Of a DNA stretch of 64,000 nt, positions 8,600 through 18,595 are shown one piece after another (the stretch's first letter is position 1; every line of letters begins with the position of its first letter). This stretch comes from Andalucia godoyi And28 (lineage: Eukaryota > Protista > Jakobida): NCBI GenBank assembly GCA_009859145.1, contig VRVR01000036.1:136604-200603 (forward strand). Reading direction: 5' to 3'. The notes beneath the pieces were generated by a model. That model did no database searches, was not told the origin of the DNA, and saw only the letters and a list, made by a program, of their open reading frames with translations. The translations under genes were made by a program, and so were the position numbers.

Positions 8600-11500
8600 A
8601 TGGGACGCAAAGAGTTTGTATTGCTGCGTGCGCGTCCAGTGTGGGCGCGGCGTGATATGCTCCCTTTTGTTGTCGCCTACGTACTGAATCTTATTGGTAT
8701 GTGTCTGGCACCTCACTTTCTCACTTCAAAACGTTGTTTTCTCATGTTGCGTGCTTTCTCTTTGTCCTTGTCCTTGTCCTTGTCGTGATCTTGTTCTTTC
8801 TTCTTCCTTGATGATAGGCATCATTGCATTTCCTGATTGGGACTTTTGGTTATTGGTTGCGCTGGGATGCGAGGTTCTTTGCCATGTTTTGTCTCTCCTG
8901 TCAACACAGTGGTCGTTTGCTTGGGCCGTGAAGGCGTCATTCGATGTGGTTTCTGCATCTCAGATCTCCGTCGCAACGAACGTGTGGATCAAGTATGCAA
9001 AGAAGAATCAGGCGGTTTCTGTCACTTCAAAGTCCGAAATATGCCAAATTCAAATTTGCAAGCAGACTAGGCAGCGTTTCGTCTTGCATCATATGAGGAG
9101 ATTCACATATGACGACGACAAGAAGGTTTTCGCAAAGTCCGAGTTCCCTATTCATCTGCCGTCTTCCGAGTATGCCCATGCCAAAAGCCTGTCGATAGAG
9201 CGCCATCGTGGTCTCGCGGATTTATACGGGCCCAACAAGTTCACCATTCCGGTGCCTTCCTTTTGGCCTCTCTTCCAGCAACACCTGTTTGCACCATTTT
9301 TTGTGTTCCAACTGTTCTGCATTTCTCTGTGGTTCCTCGACGAGTACTGGTACTATTCGCTGTTCACGCTCGGCATGTTGGTGTTGATGGAATCGGTTGT
9401 TGTGAAGCAGAGACAAGGAAATCTGTCACAAATGCGTGCTGTTGCGCAAAAGCCTGCGTCGCTTGTGTATGTCCTTCGTGCTGCGCAATGGTCTCGTGTA
9501 TCGTGCGAAGAACTTGTTCCTGGCGACATTGTCTCAGTGCACCACGCTTCTCCTCTGTTCTCGTCTCCTCACAAAAGCCATGATAAACTGAATTGTCCTG
9601 CGGATTTGCTGTTGCTGGAGGGCGATGTTGTGGTTTCGGAAGCAATGCTCACTGGAGAGTCGAAGCCGCTTCTCAAGAAGGGGATCGAGACATCTTCCGT
9701 TTCCTTTGGAGAGCTCAGTGTTCAGAAGCACAGGGATCATATTCTTTTTGGTGGAACTACTGTGTTACGGTCCTTCCCTTCTAGCTGGTCCGGATCCATC
9801 CCGTCCTCTGCGAAGAAGAAATCGGGGGGAACAGCGTTGTCGTCCAGCGCTCCTGCCGTGTCTTCGGGCCCTGCCCCTGATGGCGGGTGCAAAGCGTATG
9901 TGTTGCGTACTGGATTCGAAACGGAGCAGGGAAAACTGATCCGCAAGATTGTCTTTGCATCCGACAAGGCAAAGATAGAATCTGCAGAGGCATATGTTTT
10001 CTTGTTGGTTCTGTTTTTATGCGCTCTTGTGGCCGCAGTATATCTCTTTAAGAAGAGCCTGGAGCTTGGCGAGAAGTCGTTTTACAACATCTCCCTGGAC
10101 TGCATTCTGATTCTTACCTCCGTTGTACCTCCGGAACTCCCCATGGAACTCAGTTTGGCAGTGAATCATTCGTTGATTCTTTTAGCGAAGGGGTCTCGCG
10201 TTTTCTGTACCGAGCCTTTCCGAATTCCCATGGCGGGAAAGGTCGACACCTGTGCTTTTGACAAGACCGGCACACTGACCTCGGATGATATGCGTGTTGA
10301 GCAGATTGTTCCCTCAACTCCTGACAAGTCGAAACGAGACGCAGAACGTATTTTGGCGGCTTGCCACTCCCTTGTATGGCTGGATTCCGAACAGCCTGTT
10401 GGAGATGCAATGGAGGTTGCTGCTTTCGATTTTGTGCGCTGGAAACGGCTGGACAAGGACTATTATTCTGCCGACTCGAAGGTAGAAAAGGAAAGCGTGA
10501 AGATTCTTCACCGCTTTGGGTTTGATGCTGACCTGCGGCGGATGTCTGTGTTCTGCGGTATTTCAAAGGCCGGTTCTGCAGACGTCGACGACTTCGCAAT
10601 TCTTACAAAAGGTGCGCCGGAAACCATGAGGGAAATGTTTAATCCTGCTTCCTTTGATGCAGAGAAATTTGATGTGATGTGCAACAAGTTTACTGCCAGT
10701 GGAGCCCGTGTTCTTGCGCTGGGCATGAAAGTTGTGGGTGACTCGGCGAATCTTTCACGCAGATACAAGAAAGCACTCCAAAAATCAAACCGGGAAGGGG
10801 CAATAACGAATTTTGTATTTTCCGCGCTGATTTCAAAGGCTTCCTGCTCGCTAGACAACGAAGATGAACACGAGGTGATCTGTGAAGAAGCCGATCTCCG
10901 ACAAGCTGCGGAGGCAGGGTTGAGTTTTGCAGGGTTTGTTCTGTTTGTATCGCCGTTGAAGAAGGATACCGCAGCCTCCATCGAGGAATTGATTTTATCT
11001 GGTCACGATTGCATCATGGTCACGGGTGATAATGCCAGGACTGCTACTGCGGTTGCAATCCAATGCGGTATTATTTCAAAATCGTCTGAAAAGGAAATAC
11101 TTCAGTTGTCGGTAACTTCCCCGGATGGCGCACAGTTTGGCTGGGTGGATCAGCAGGATGCGGCGATCAAATATTCGCTGTTTGGAGTTCCTCACAAGAA
11201 TTTCGAATTCGTCATTTCTGGAGAGGTTCTGCGGCATATGTCGAGTACTGAGGCTTCCAATGTTCTGAAGGAGTATGCTTCGAATTGTCATGTGTTTGCT
11301 CGAATGGCTCCGTCTCAAAAGGAAGATGTCATTCATGTCCTGCAAGCTGTAGACCGACAAATCCTGTTTTGCGGGGACGGCACCAACGATGTGGGTGCGT
11401 TGAAAGCTTCCCATGTCGGTATCGCGATTGTTTCGAAAGAGATGCCTGCGGACATCGGGGTTCCTCGTTTGCAGAATTTTGATGAGGAGACCATCCTCAA

Positions 11501-12521
11501 GGATCCGATGCTACGAAGAGCACGAGATCTCCAGAAGTTCCTTGATGGTCCTGTTGGAACACGCATGACCGATTCTCGCAAGGAACAAATCCGTGGAATG
11601 ATAACCCAAATTGAAGAGCTTCGCCAGGAAAACGAGAATTTTGTGGCGCAGCTGGGAGATGCGTCCATCGCCGCTCCGTTCACTTCAAAGCGCTCCTCCA
11701 TTCGATGCGCTCTGGACATTGTCAGGCAAGGTCGCTGTACTTTGGTTACCACGTTGCAGATCTATTCTATTTTGGCACTGCAGTGTCTTTTGAACGCGTA
11801 CACGCTATCCGTGCTGCACTTACAGGGTCTAAAGTTTGGCGATCGTCAAATGACTGTCGCTTCCATTTTTACTGCTTTGATGTTCTTCCTCATGTCGAGA
11901 CCCCAGCCTGTCGAGCGATTGTCTCGTGAGCGTCCCTTCAAGTCGATCTTCTCTCCGTATTTTATTCTTTCTGTGTTTGGGCAATTTTTGCTGCATCTCT
12001 CTTGTCTGTTGTTCTTGGTGTATGTACTGCTTCCTTCGTCTTTGCTGCACGCAGAGACTCCGCAAGATGTCGAGAATCTGCGAAAGGAGTTTTCTCCGAG
12101 CATCTTGAACACTGTTTTGTTTCCGTTTTCGTGCATTTTGCAAGTCGCCACTTTCACAATTAATTATCGCGGAGAACCGTTCATGCAGCCCCTCAAAAAG
12201 AACAAGGCTTTTATTGTTGTGTCCTCCATTGCTTTCTTCATGTTTCTCTCTGCGGCCACGGGATCTAACCCAGAATTCAACGAGCTTTTCCAACTTGTGG
12301 AGCTTCCCCGAGACATTCCGTTGTGGATTGACACTGCCACGGCAGATTCAAGCTTCATTGCCTCCTTATCAGTGCGTGTGTGGAGCGCAATGCTCAGATG
12401 GGACCTTACTTTGCCAAACGTCATATGTGGAGTGATCGTATTTGATGTTGCAGTGGCATTCTTCTGGGATCGCGTGCTTCGGCTCACTTATCGCCAACCC
12501 GTTGTCACAGCTCCTCAGTAA
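8600..12521 (+). CDS. ATP13A1: P5A-type ATPase (Spf1/ATP13A1); exons 8600-8696 and 8818-12521
   Basis: TGES, PPELPMEL, DKTGTLT, KGAPE and GDGTNDVGAL motifs. GTATGT...ATAG intron at 8697-8817 joins MGRKEFVLLR.. in frame to GIIAFPDW. Confidence 0.95.
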
Positions 12522-12612
12522 AACCTTTTCCGCTTCCTTCCTCTCAATATACACACACGCATAAAAAAATCCTCGGAAAAGCGTCTAGTATTCGCAGACT
12601 CTTTTGTCCTTT

Positions 12613-15282
12613 TCACCCTTTGTCTAGGGCTGGTAACGTCGAAGATCTCAGGAATGGATGTGGTGGCGCGGGAGCCGATCGAAAAGACTGTCGCTCGTCC
12701 CTGGATTTCGACAACGACGCCAGTTCCTTCTCATACACGACATCGCTCTTGTCTCCTGCATCTTTCAAAAGGTGCACGACATTCGCTGCACGTTGCTGCT
12801 CATTTCTGGCGACGACAGTGTTGTTTTCAGAAGTGGAAGAACGCACAAACAAGTGATTCTCCACGAAATTCAGTTTTCTTATCAACGAAACGTCTTCAAC
12901 CTGTTCTCCCAGCTTGGTGGATGAACGAAGAGTCGGAAGGACGATGCTCATCAGTTTGAAAACGCAAACGGCAATGATGCTAGCACCCACAATGGCAGAG
13001 CAACACAATACAATATGTGACACAGCACGGTCAAATGTGAACGGAATCACAGACAGTAAACTGATCAAAGAAGGCACCAAATGAACTCCAACTACATTTG
13101 CAACATCATCCAGATGCACAAACTGACGGCGAAATGTCCTTGTTACGAATCTGGATGCAGCCGCCGCCACACATCCAACAGCAAAAGCAATTGGGGGTCT
13201 GATGATGTGAGCACTTGCAGATACAGCAATTGCACCCGACAACAAGCTTTCGAAATCGCCGCTCGATATGAGAAATGCGCTGCAGGCAGCAATGACGGAG
13301 TTGACAACACAGCGGACCTGAAATTCAACGCCATGCAAAGACGACACAATGTACAAAATGAATACCAAAGCGAAGAATTGAAAAAGAAGGCCGATTCTGT
13401 TCAAGAAAACTGCAGAACGCAAGAAATTGACGGAAACCCCATTCGACGCCGCAGCGCCAGAAAGACTGGAGCTGCCGCTCAGAAGAATGTTCTCGTCGGC
13501 GAATGCAGCGCGACGAGCCTCATGACGCGGTCCCACGAAGAAAAGACCAACAACCGCAAATACGGAAGAGCAACAGTGACAAATGAGAGCACCACCGAAA
13601 TCCGTGAAATTCCAATTCGAAGACCACACATGCTCTTTGGACGAAACAGACGTGAAACCGAGAGTGTTAAGGGAGTTCAAGCTCGTGATGTACGGCCAGA
13701 AAAAGCGTATCAACACAGGAACCACAACAACACACTGCGTAAGATTGCAGATCACATAAACGAGCGGCCGTGTTCTGCCAGAAAAGGATACAGTGGAAAC
13801 AAAGACGCATTGAAGTGTGAACATCGAAAATACGGAGCAAACCAGATAGACATTCTCCGACAAAATGCCATTCACAATGCTGTTCAGAAGATCTGACGGA
13901 TCCGGATGAAGAGACACCGGAGGACGACTTAGAAATGACCAGAGCCCAGAGGCAATTGGGAACCCGAGAACCGCTGACGTCGCAAGCCCAGTGCCAGCGT
14001 TTACCAACACCCGACACGTAACAGTGTACATTTCTCCGGGGGGAGTCATTGCCAATTCTCGAAACAAGAATCCAATCGTGATAAAAACACCGAAAAGAAT
14101 CACAAAAATGAAGCTTCGAAGCCGCTGCTCCAGAAATGCCAGTGTACCCTTCATGTTCGCAATTTCCTCTGACTTGGAGGGAATAAAAACGTACAGCTTC
14201 GGATACTCATGCAGAACTTGCGAAACATTCTGATGAAGTAAGGAGTTCCAGTCGAGACCAGCAAATTCGTTCAGCAGCGTCTTGTTGGCATTCGAAAGGA
14301 CTTCATTCGCTGACGAAAACACCTGCTCTAAATCTGAATGCTGCTCGAAAAGCCAAGACAATGTTGCATTCAGGCTCGTGACCTGCGCCTCGCGAACCCG
14401 AAACTCCGCATACACAGTTGAATTGGCGAGCGACAAATTGCCGGCCATCTGCGAGGCTGTTGCTGCAAGCAATAGCAGCTGATCTCGCATGAACAAAAAA
14501 TCTGCGGTTTCGTTATTCGACAACCGAACATTCACCAAGTAATCCTTCAATGCGGTAATGTTCCTGTTCAGATCAACGACTGCGGATTCCAGAATCGTCG
14601 CACGTTTCTTCAACGCATCGATTTCGCGAGTATGAGTATCAATTGTTGGAATCAGAGAATTCAAGGTTTGAAGCGAATTCCAAAGACTGGAATTCACAGT
14701 CTTCACCTGCGTGTCGAGTGCAGCAACAGTCGAAGCATGGTCACTTTGCCATGTGTACAGACTGTCATTTAGGAGCAATATCGAGCTATTCAGAATGGCA
14801 ATGTCCGACGATAAACTTGCAAGGAGCGACAAAAACAACTGATCGTTGGTCAGCAACGCCGCCAAAGAAGCGCGTGCAAGAGTAATGTTGGAAGTAAGAT
14901 GCACGATTGTGTCGAAGGACGCAATCACACTCTCTGTTCGACTGATGATTGCCGTATCGGAAAACCGAAGCGCGGCAATGGCGGATAACAGGGCTGCATT
15001 TTGTGAAATTGCAGCCCCGAGAGAACTGTTAACAGACGCTAGTCGTCCATTTAGCGCAGAAATGGCAGCGTAAAACGCCGTGTCGTTTGCCCACAGCGAG
15101 GCCATCGTGGCATTTGTGGATAACATAAACGTCGTCAAGTTCGCTAACACAGTTTCTGCCGTGAGCGGAATGATCCTCTCTTCCTGTGCTGCAACCAGTC
15201 GAACCGGCAGAAAAAGACATCCAAAACCAATGACCAGAACAACACAAATCAGCGTGTTCGAACTGTCTGGCCTGCGCTGCAT
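12613..15282 (-). CDS. Ammonium transporter (Amt/Mep/Rh)-like protein with signal peptide and long N-terminal coiled-coil ectodomain
   Basis: DFGGALICHCCSS..VG..FVGPRH and LDDVANVVGVHLVP are the twin-His Amt motifs; about 11 hydrophobic segments; signal peptide ending VAA-QE. Confidence 0.85.
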   Translation of the reverse strand: MQRRPDSSNTLICVVLVIGFGCLFLPVRLVAAQEERIIPLTAETVLANLTTFMLSTNATMASLWANDTAFYAAISALNGRLASVNSSLGAAISQNAALLSAIAALRFSDTAIISRTESVIASFDTIVHLTSNITLARASLAALLTNDQLFLSLLASLSSDIAILNSSILLLNDSLYTWQSDHASTVAALDTQVKTVNSSLWNSLQTLNSLIPTIDTHTREIDALKKRATILESAVVDLNRNITALKDYLVNVRLSNNETADFLFMRDQLLLLAATASQMAGNLSLANSTVYAEFRVREAQVTSLNATLSWLFEQHSDLEQVFSSANEVLSNANKTLLNEFAGLDWNSLLHQNVSQVLHEYPKLYVFIPSKSEEIANMKGTLAFLEQRLRSFIFVILFGVFITIGFLFRELAMTPPGEMYTVTCRVLVNAGTGLATSAVLGFPIASGLWSFLSRPPVSLHPDPSDLLNSIVNGILSENVYLVCSVFSMFTLQCVFVSTVSFSGRTRPLVYVICNLTQCVVVVPVLIRFFWPYITSLNSLNTLGFTSVSSKEHVWSSNWNFTDFGGALICHCCSSVFAVVGLFFVGPRHEARRAAFADENILLSGSSSLSGAAASNGVSVNFLRSAVFLNRIGLLFQFFALVFILYIVSSLHGVEFQVRCVVNSVIAACSAFLISSGDFESLLSGAIAVSASAHIIRPPIAFAVGCVAAAASRFVTRTFRRQFVHLDDVANVVGVHLVPSLISLLSVIPFTFDRAVSHIVLCCSAIVGASIIAVCVFKLMSIVLPTLRSSTKLGEQVEDVSLIRKLNFVENHLFVRSSTSENNTVVARNEQQRAANVVHLLKDAGDKSDVVYEKELASLSKSRDERQSFRSAPAPPHPFLRSSTLPALDKG

Positions 15283-15328
15283 GTTTTAGTAGAACAGAGG
15301 CTCTGCACACAGGCAACTTCTGTCTGAA

Positions 15329-15391
15329 CTGCGGACTGCGGACTGCGGACTGCGGACTGCGGACTGCGGACTGCGGACTGCGGACTGCGGA
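15329..15391. repeat. Perfect heptamer tandem repeat (CTGCGGA)9
   Basis: Nine exact units, 47 bp upstream of the Amt-like ATG. Confidence 0.97.
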
Positions 15392-15961
15392 GGATTTTCT
15401 GTTGAGCGATTGAGGAACGAAACGGATTCTCGTGACAGTTGACAGGACTGAAAAGGCCAACAGGCAGAGAGCTCAAAAGTCAAAACAGGAAGAATCGCTG
15501 TGCTTTCGATCATGTCGGACAATTCTCTGTGACATCGGGTCACATTTTCCGACATTTTTCCGCTCGGTGGGGTTAACTCGGCACTCGGCAGCCGTTTAGT
15601 TCTTCAGCTTTCGCACTCGGACTGTTGACAAGACTGCGGAATGGTTTACAAGTTCTTGATCTATCGCTGTCTACAGAGTCCACAAAATAAGAAAGGAACG
15701 GGTGGTGGGAAGAAGTTGTTTGTCGAAGCACACGGTTTCCAAAAAACCGATAAATTTCGTTGTTTTTTTAAATTAAAAAAACATGTTTTTTGAAGTCGGA
15801 CAGAGCAGTTCAGTGCAAAATTCTCTGAAGTTTTTTGTGCTTTGGAAAAACATTCCCTTTCTCAAAGAAAAAAAAAAGGTACTGCTGAAGGAAGATGGTG
15901 TGCGTAAAGACTAAGGAATGCAGTTTACCTGGAGAAACATCGCGCGCGCGAGTTTGTAGGG

Positions 15962-16393
15962 CTAGGTGCGCATGGTACGAATATGGTATCCAAGTCGAGT
16001 GAAGGTAAGTATGCAGTTGAATGCCAAATGACACAGAGCATCGGATGTCCAGCTGCACCCAAAGGCGAACATCGCATGAAGCCAAATGGTATTGTGCAAC
16101 ACATCGCCCACAGATAAAAACTGCATCATTCTGCGCTGTGCAATCGGCGATCCCCATCGCATAATTGTCTGGATCGTCAAGGCTAGAATAATGCACATCG
16201 AACAGAACAGACGTGTAAGAGACATTGTGAGCGGATGCGTAACGATCATATCGAGATTTGGATCCACTGTGAGCGGAACTAGGGCTCGGGCTTGCTGCGC
16301 AGGATCGAAGATTCCAGGAATCACAAATACAATCGAAAACAGGAATCCGTCCAGCCACAACAGCACAAAACGTTCGCAGGAATTCAGCTTCAT
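15962..16393 (-). CDS. Small multi-pass membrane protein (Erg28/DUF7704-like)
   Basis: 143 aa with four hydrophobic segments; ..MQFLSVGDVLHN.. resembles the L..aD.gH motif of that group. Preferred over the overlapping 218-aa frame. Confidence 0.6.
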   Translation of the reverse strand: MKLNSCERFVLLWLDGFLFSIVFVIPGIFDPAQQARALVPLTVDPNLDMIVTHPLTMSLTRLFCSMCIILALTIQTIMRWGSPIAQRRMMQFLSVGDVLHNTIWLHAMFAFGCSWTSDALCHLAFNCILTFTRLGYHIRTMRT

Positions 16394-16857
16394 GATGACA
16401 AGTACGTATCACTGAACGATTTTCAGCTGTGTTGACTTGTTTCCACCCCCGCACACACACACACAACGACTGTCAAAAACAACATTAAACCAAAAAACAA
16501 ACAAACAAAAAAACCAAAAGGAATGTAAAAAATAATGCTGGAAACAGCAATGGAGACTGTTCATTCTCCCGCCATCCAGCAGGCAAAGGCGTCGTGTCTG
16601 GTGGGTTGGAGGGAGATCTGAAGTGGGCAATTCTCCGTTTGGTCGCAAAGAAAAACGCAAAAAAACATTTCCGATCGAGCCAGCATGCATCATGGCAGTA
16701 TCTAATTGAGTTGCATACCCTTGGGGGGGCACCTCCGTACAGTAGTGCCGTGCATGCACATTGCCACAGTTTTTCGTGAATTTTTGATATGCGTTTTTGA
16801 GTGCAAAAAACAAGTGCATCAGTGCGTATAATATTATTGTGTGCATAATCGCGCAGC

Positions 16858-18069
16858 ATGGAACCGCATACCACCAATTTCGAGGGGAAGAAGAAGCCAG
16901 TCTTGTTTGAACCTCTTGCGTTCTCACATTCAAAGGTGCTGTCGAACAGGGTTGTCGTTGCCCCGATGTGCCAGTACTCTGCAGTAAACGGCTGTGCTAC
17001 AGACTGGCACCTGGCTCATTATTTAACGCTTTCCAATTCAGGAGCAGGGCTGCTTGTGTTTGAAGCCACTGCCGTTGAGCCACGAGGAAGAATCTCCCAC
17101 GGCGATTTGGGGCTGTATGACCAAGAAACGGAAGACGCACTGTGTAGAGTTGTTCGTGCTTGCAAGGCTTTAGGGACTGCCAAATTGGGCATACAGATTG
17201 CACATGCTGGACGGAAAGCCTCCCTTTCAAGGCCGTGGGAAGGGCCCGGACAGACCGTTACTGGGTCAGAATTTCTGGAGAAAAAAGTGTTCGTTTCGTC
17301 GAATGAATCCCAGGCTTCCCGGCCACTCACTGCAGAAGAGCATTCTTGGGAATGCATCGCGCCGTCTGCGATTCCCTTTTCATCTTCATGGCCAGTGCCT
17401 CGTGAGATGACCGTGGAGGAAATTAAGGAAGTGGTGCAAATGTTTGGGAATACGGCGAGGCGTGCTGTTCGTCTCGGTTTTGACGAAATCGAATTGCACT
17501 TTGCACATGGATATCTGGCCCATGAATTCCTGTCACCGCTTTCCAACAAGCGAACCGATTTGTACGGAACGGGCTCGCGTGTCGATCAGTTTCGGTTTGT
17601 GCTGGAAATTGCAGATGCTGTCAGAAAAGTCGTTCCGGAGCACGTCATCCTCGGTGCCAGAATCACCGGCTCGGATTGGGTGGAGGAGGGCGGCTGGACT
17701 CTTGAAGACGCTACGCAGCTGTCCCTTTCACTTGCAGATCATGGAATCGAATTCGTGTGTGTATCATCCGGCGGTAATGTGCAGACAAGGATTCCACTCG
17801 GGCCAAAATATCAGGTCCCGTTCGCGCAGCACATTAAACACGCCGTCGGAGATCGGCTACGAGTCCGCGCTGTTGGCCTGATCTCTCAACCGGAAGAAGC
17901 AGAGTCCGTGATTGCACAGGGAGAAGCAGATTTTGTCGCGCTTGCTCGACCGTTTTTGCACAATCCTCACTGGGCTTATCATGCTGCAGCCATTCTTGGC
18001 GGCCATGTTGAAAGGCCTCCACAGTATGCTCGTTGCAGTCCGTCTCTGTGGAAAGTTGCAAAATACTAG
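16858..18069 (+). CDS. NADH:flavin oxidoreductase / Old Yellow Enzyme (YqjM/XenA-like)
   Basis: NRVVVAPMCQYSA, GIQIAHAGRKAS, HFAHGYLAHEFLSPLSNKRTDLYG and ALARPFLHNPHW. Confidence 0.93.
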   Translation: MEPHTTNFEGKKKPVLFEPLAFSHSKVLSNRVVVAPMCQYSAVNGCATDWHLAHYLTLSNSGAGLLVFEATAVEPRGRISHGDLGLYDQETEDALCRVVRACKALGTAKLGIQIAHAGRKASLSRPWEGPGQTVTGSEFLEKKVFVSSNESQASRPLTAEEHSWECIAPSAIPFSSSWPVPREMTVEEIKEVVQMFGNTARRAVRLGFDEIELHFAHGYLAHEFLSPLSNKRTDLYGTGSRVDQFRFVLEIADAVRKVVPEHVILGARITGSDWVEEGGWTLEDATQLSLSLADHGIEFVCVSSGGNVQTRIPLGPKYQVPFAQHIKHAVGDRLRVRAVGLISQPEEAESVIAQGEADFVALARPFLHNPHWAYHAAAILGGHVERPPQYARCSPSLWKVAKY

Positions 18070-18595
18070 ACCAACACATTGATTATCCCACGCCCTCCTC
18101 CCTCTTTCAAAGTCCTCTCTTGCGTCGCACATGCTTTCTTGCGGAGATCCGAGCGACACACTGCAGCCCGTCGGTCGAGTGAAGTAAGAAGCGAGGTATG
18201 GAATGGTTTCGGATGGAGGCGTCCCACAAATAAAATCAAATCTCTTTATGATAGAAATGTGTCTTCCATTTGCCATGAACGACAAAAATGAAGGGGGGAA
18301 GTGGAAGAGATGTAGAGCGCTTTCAAAAAACCAAATAATGAAAAGCGAAAAAATAATGATAATAAAAATAAAAATACGCACACACATACATACGAACACG
18401 CACACACAGCAAACAAAGAAGATAGAAAATAATAAAAACAATAAGAAGGGGGAAAAAGAAGACAAAACTCGCCAGTGCAAAAGAAAATGTATAAAATAAA
18501 ATATAAAAAACAACAACACGAAACAGGGCTCAGGCAAGCAAATCATCAGCAGTCAGAACACACACGACAACTGGACACGCTCACCTCACGATCAC

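Noticed and set aside
13081-13896. 271-aa plus-strand ORF
   Set aside because: Antisense shadow of the Amt-like CDS with no motifs.
15329-15391. Tandem array as CRISPR or telomeric repeat
   Set aside because: No spacers or cas genes; the unit is unlike G-rich telomere repeats and the array is internal and short.
15810-16466. 218-aa minus-strand ORF
   Set aside because: The overlapping 143-aa frame gives a coherent 4-TM protein with a proper ATG; this frame does not.
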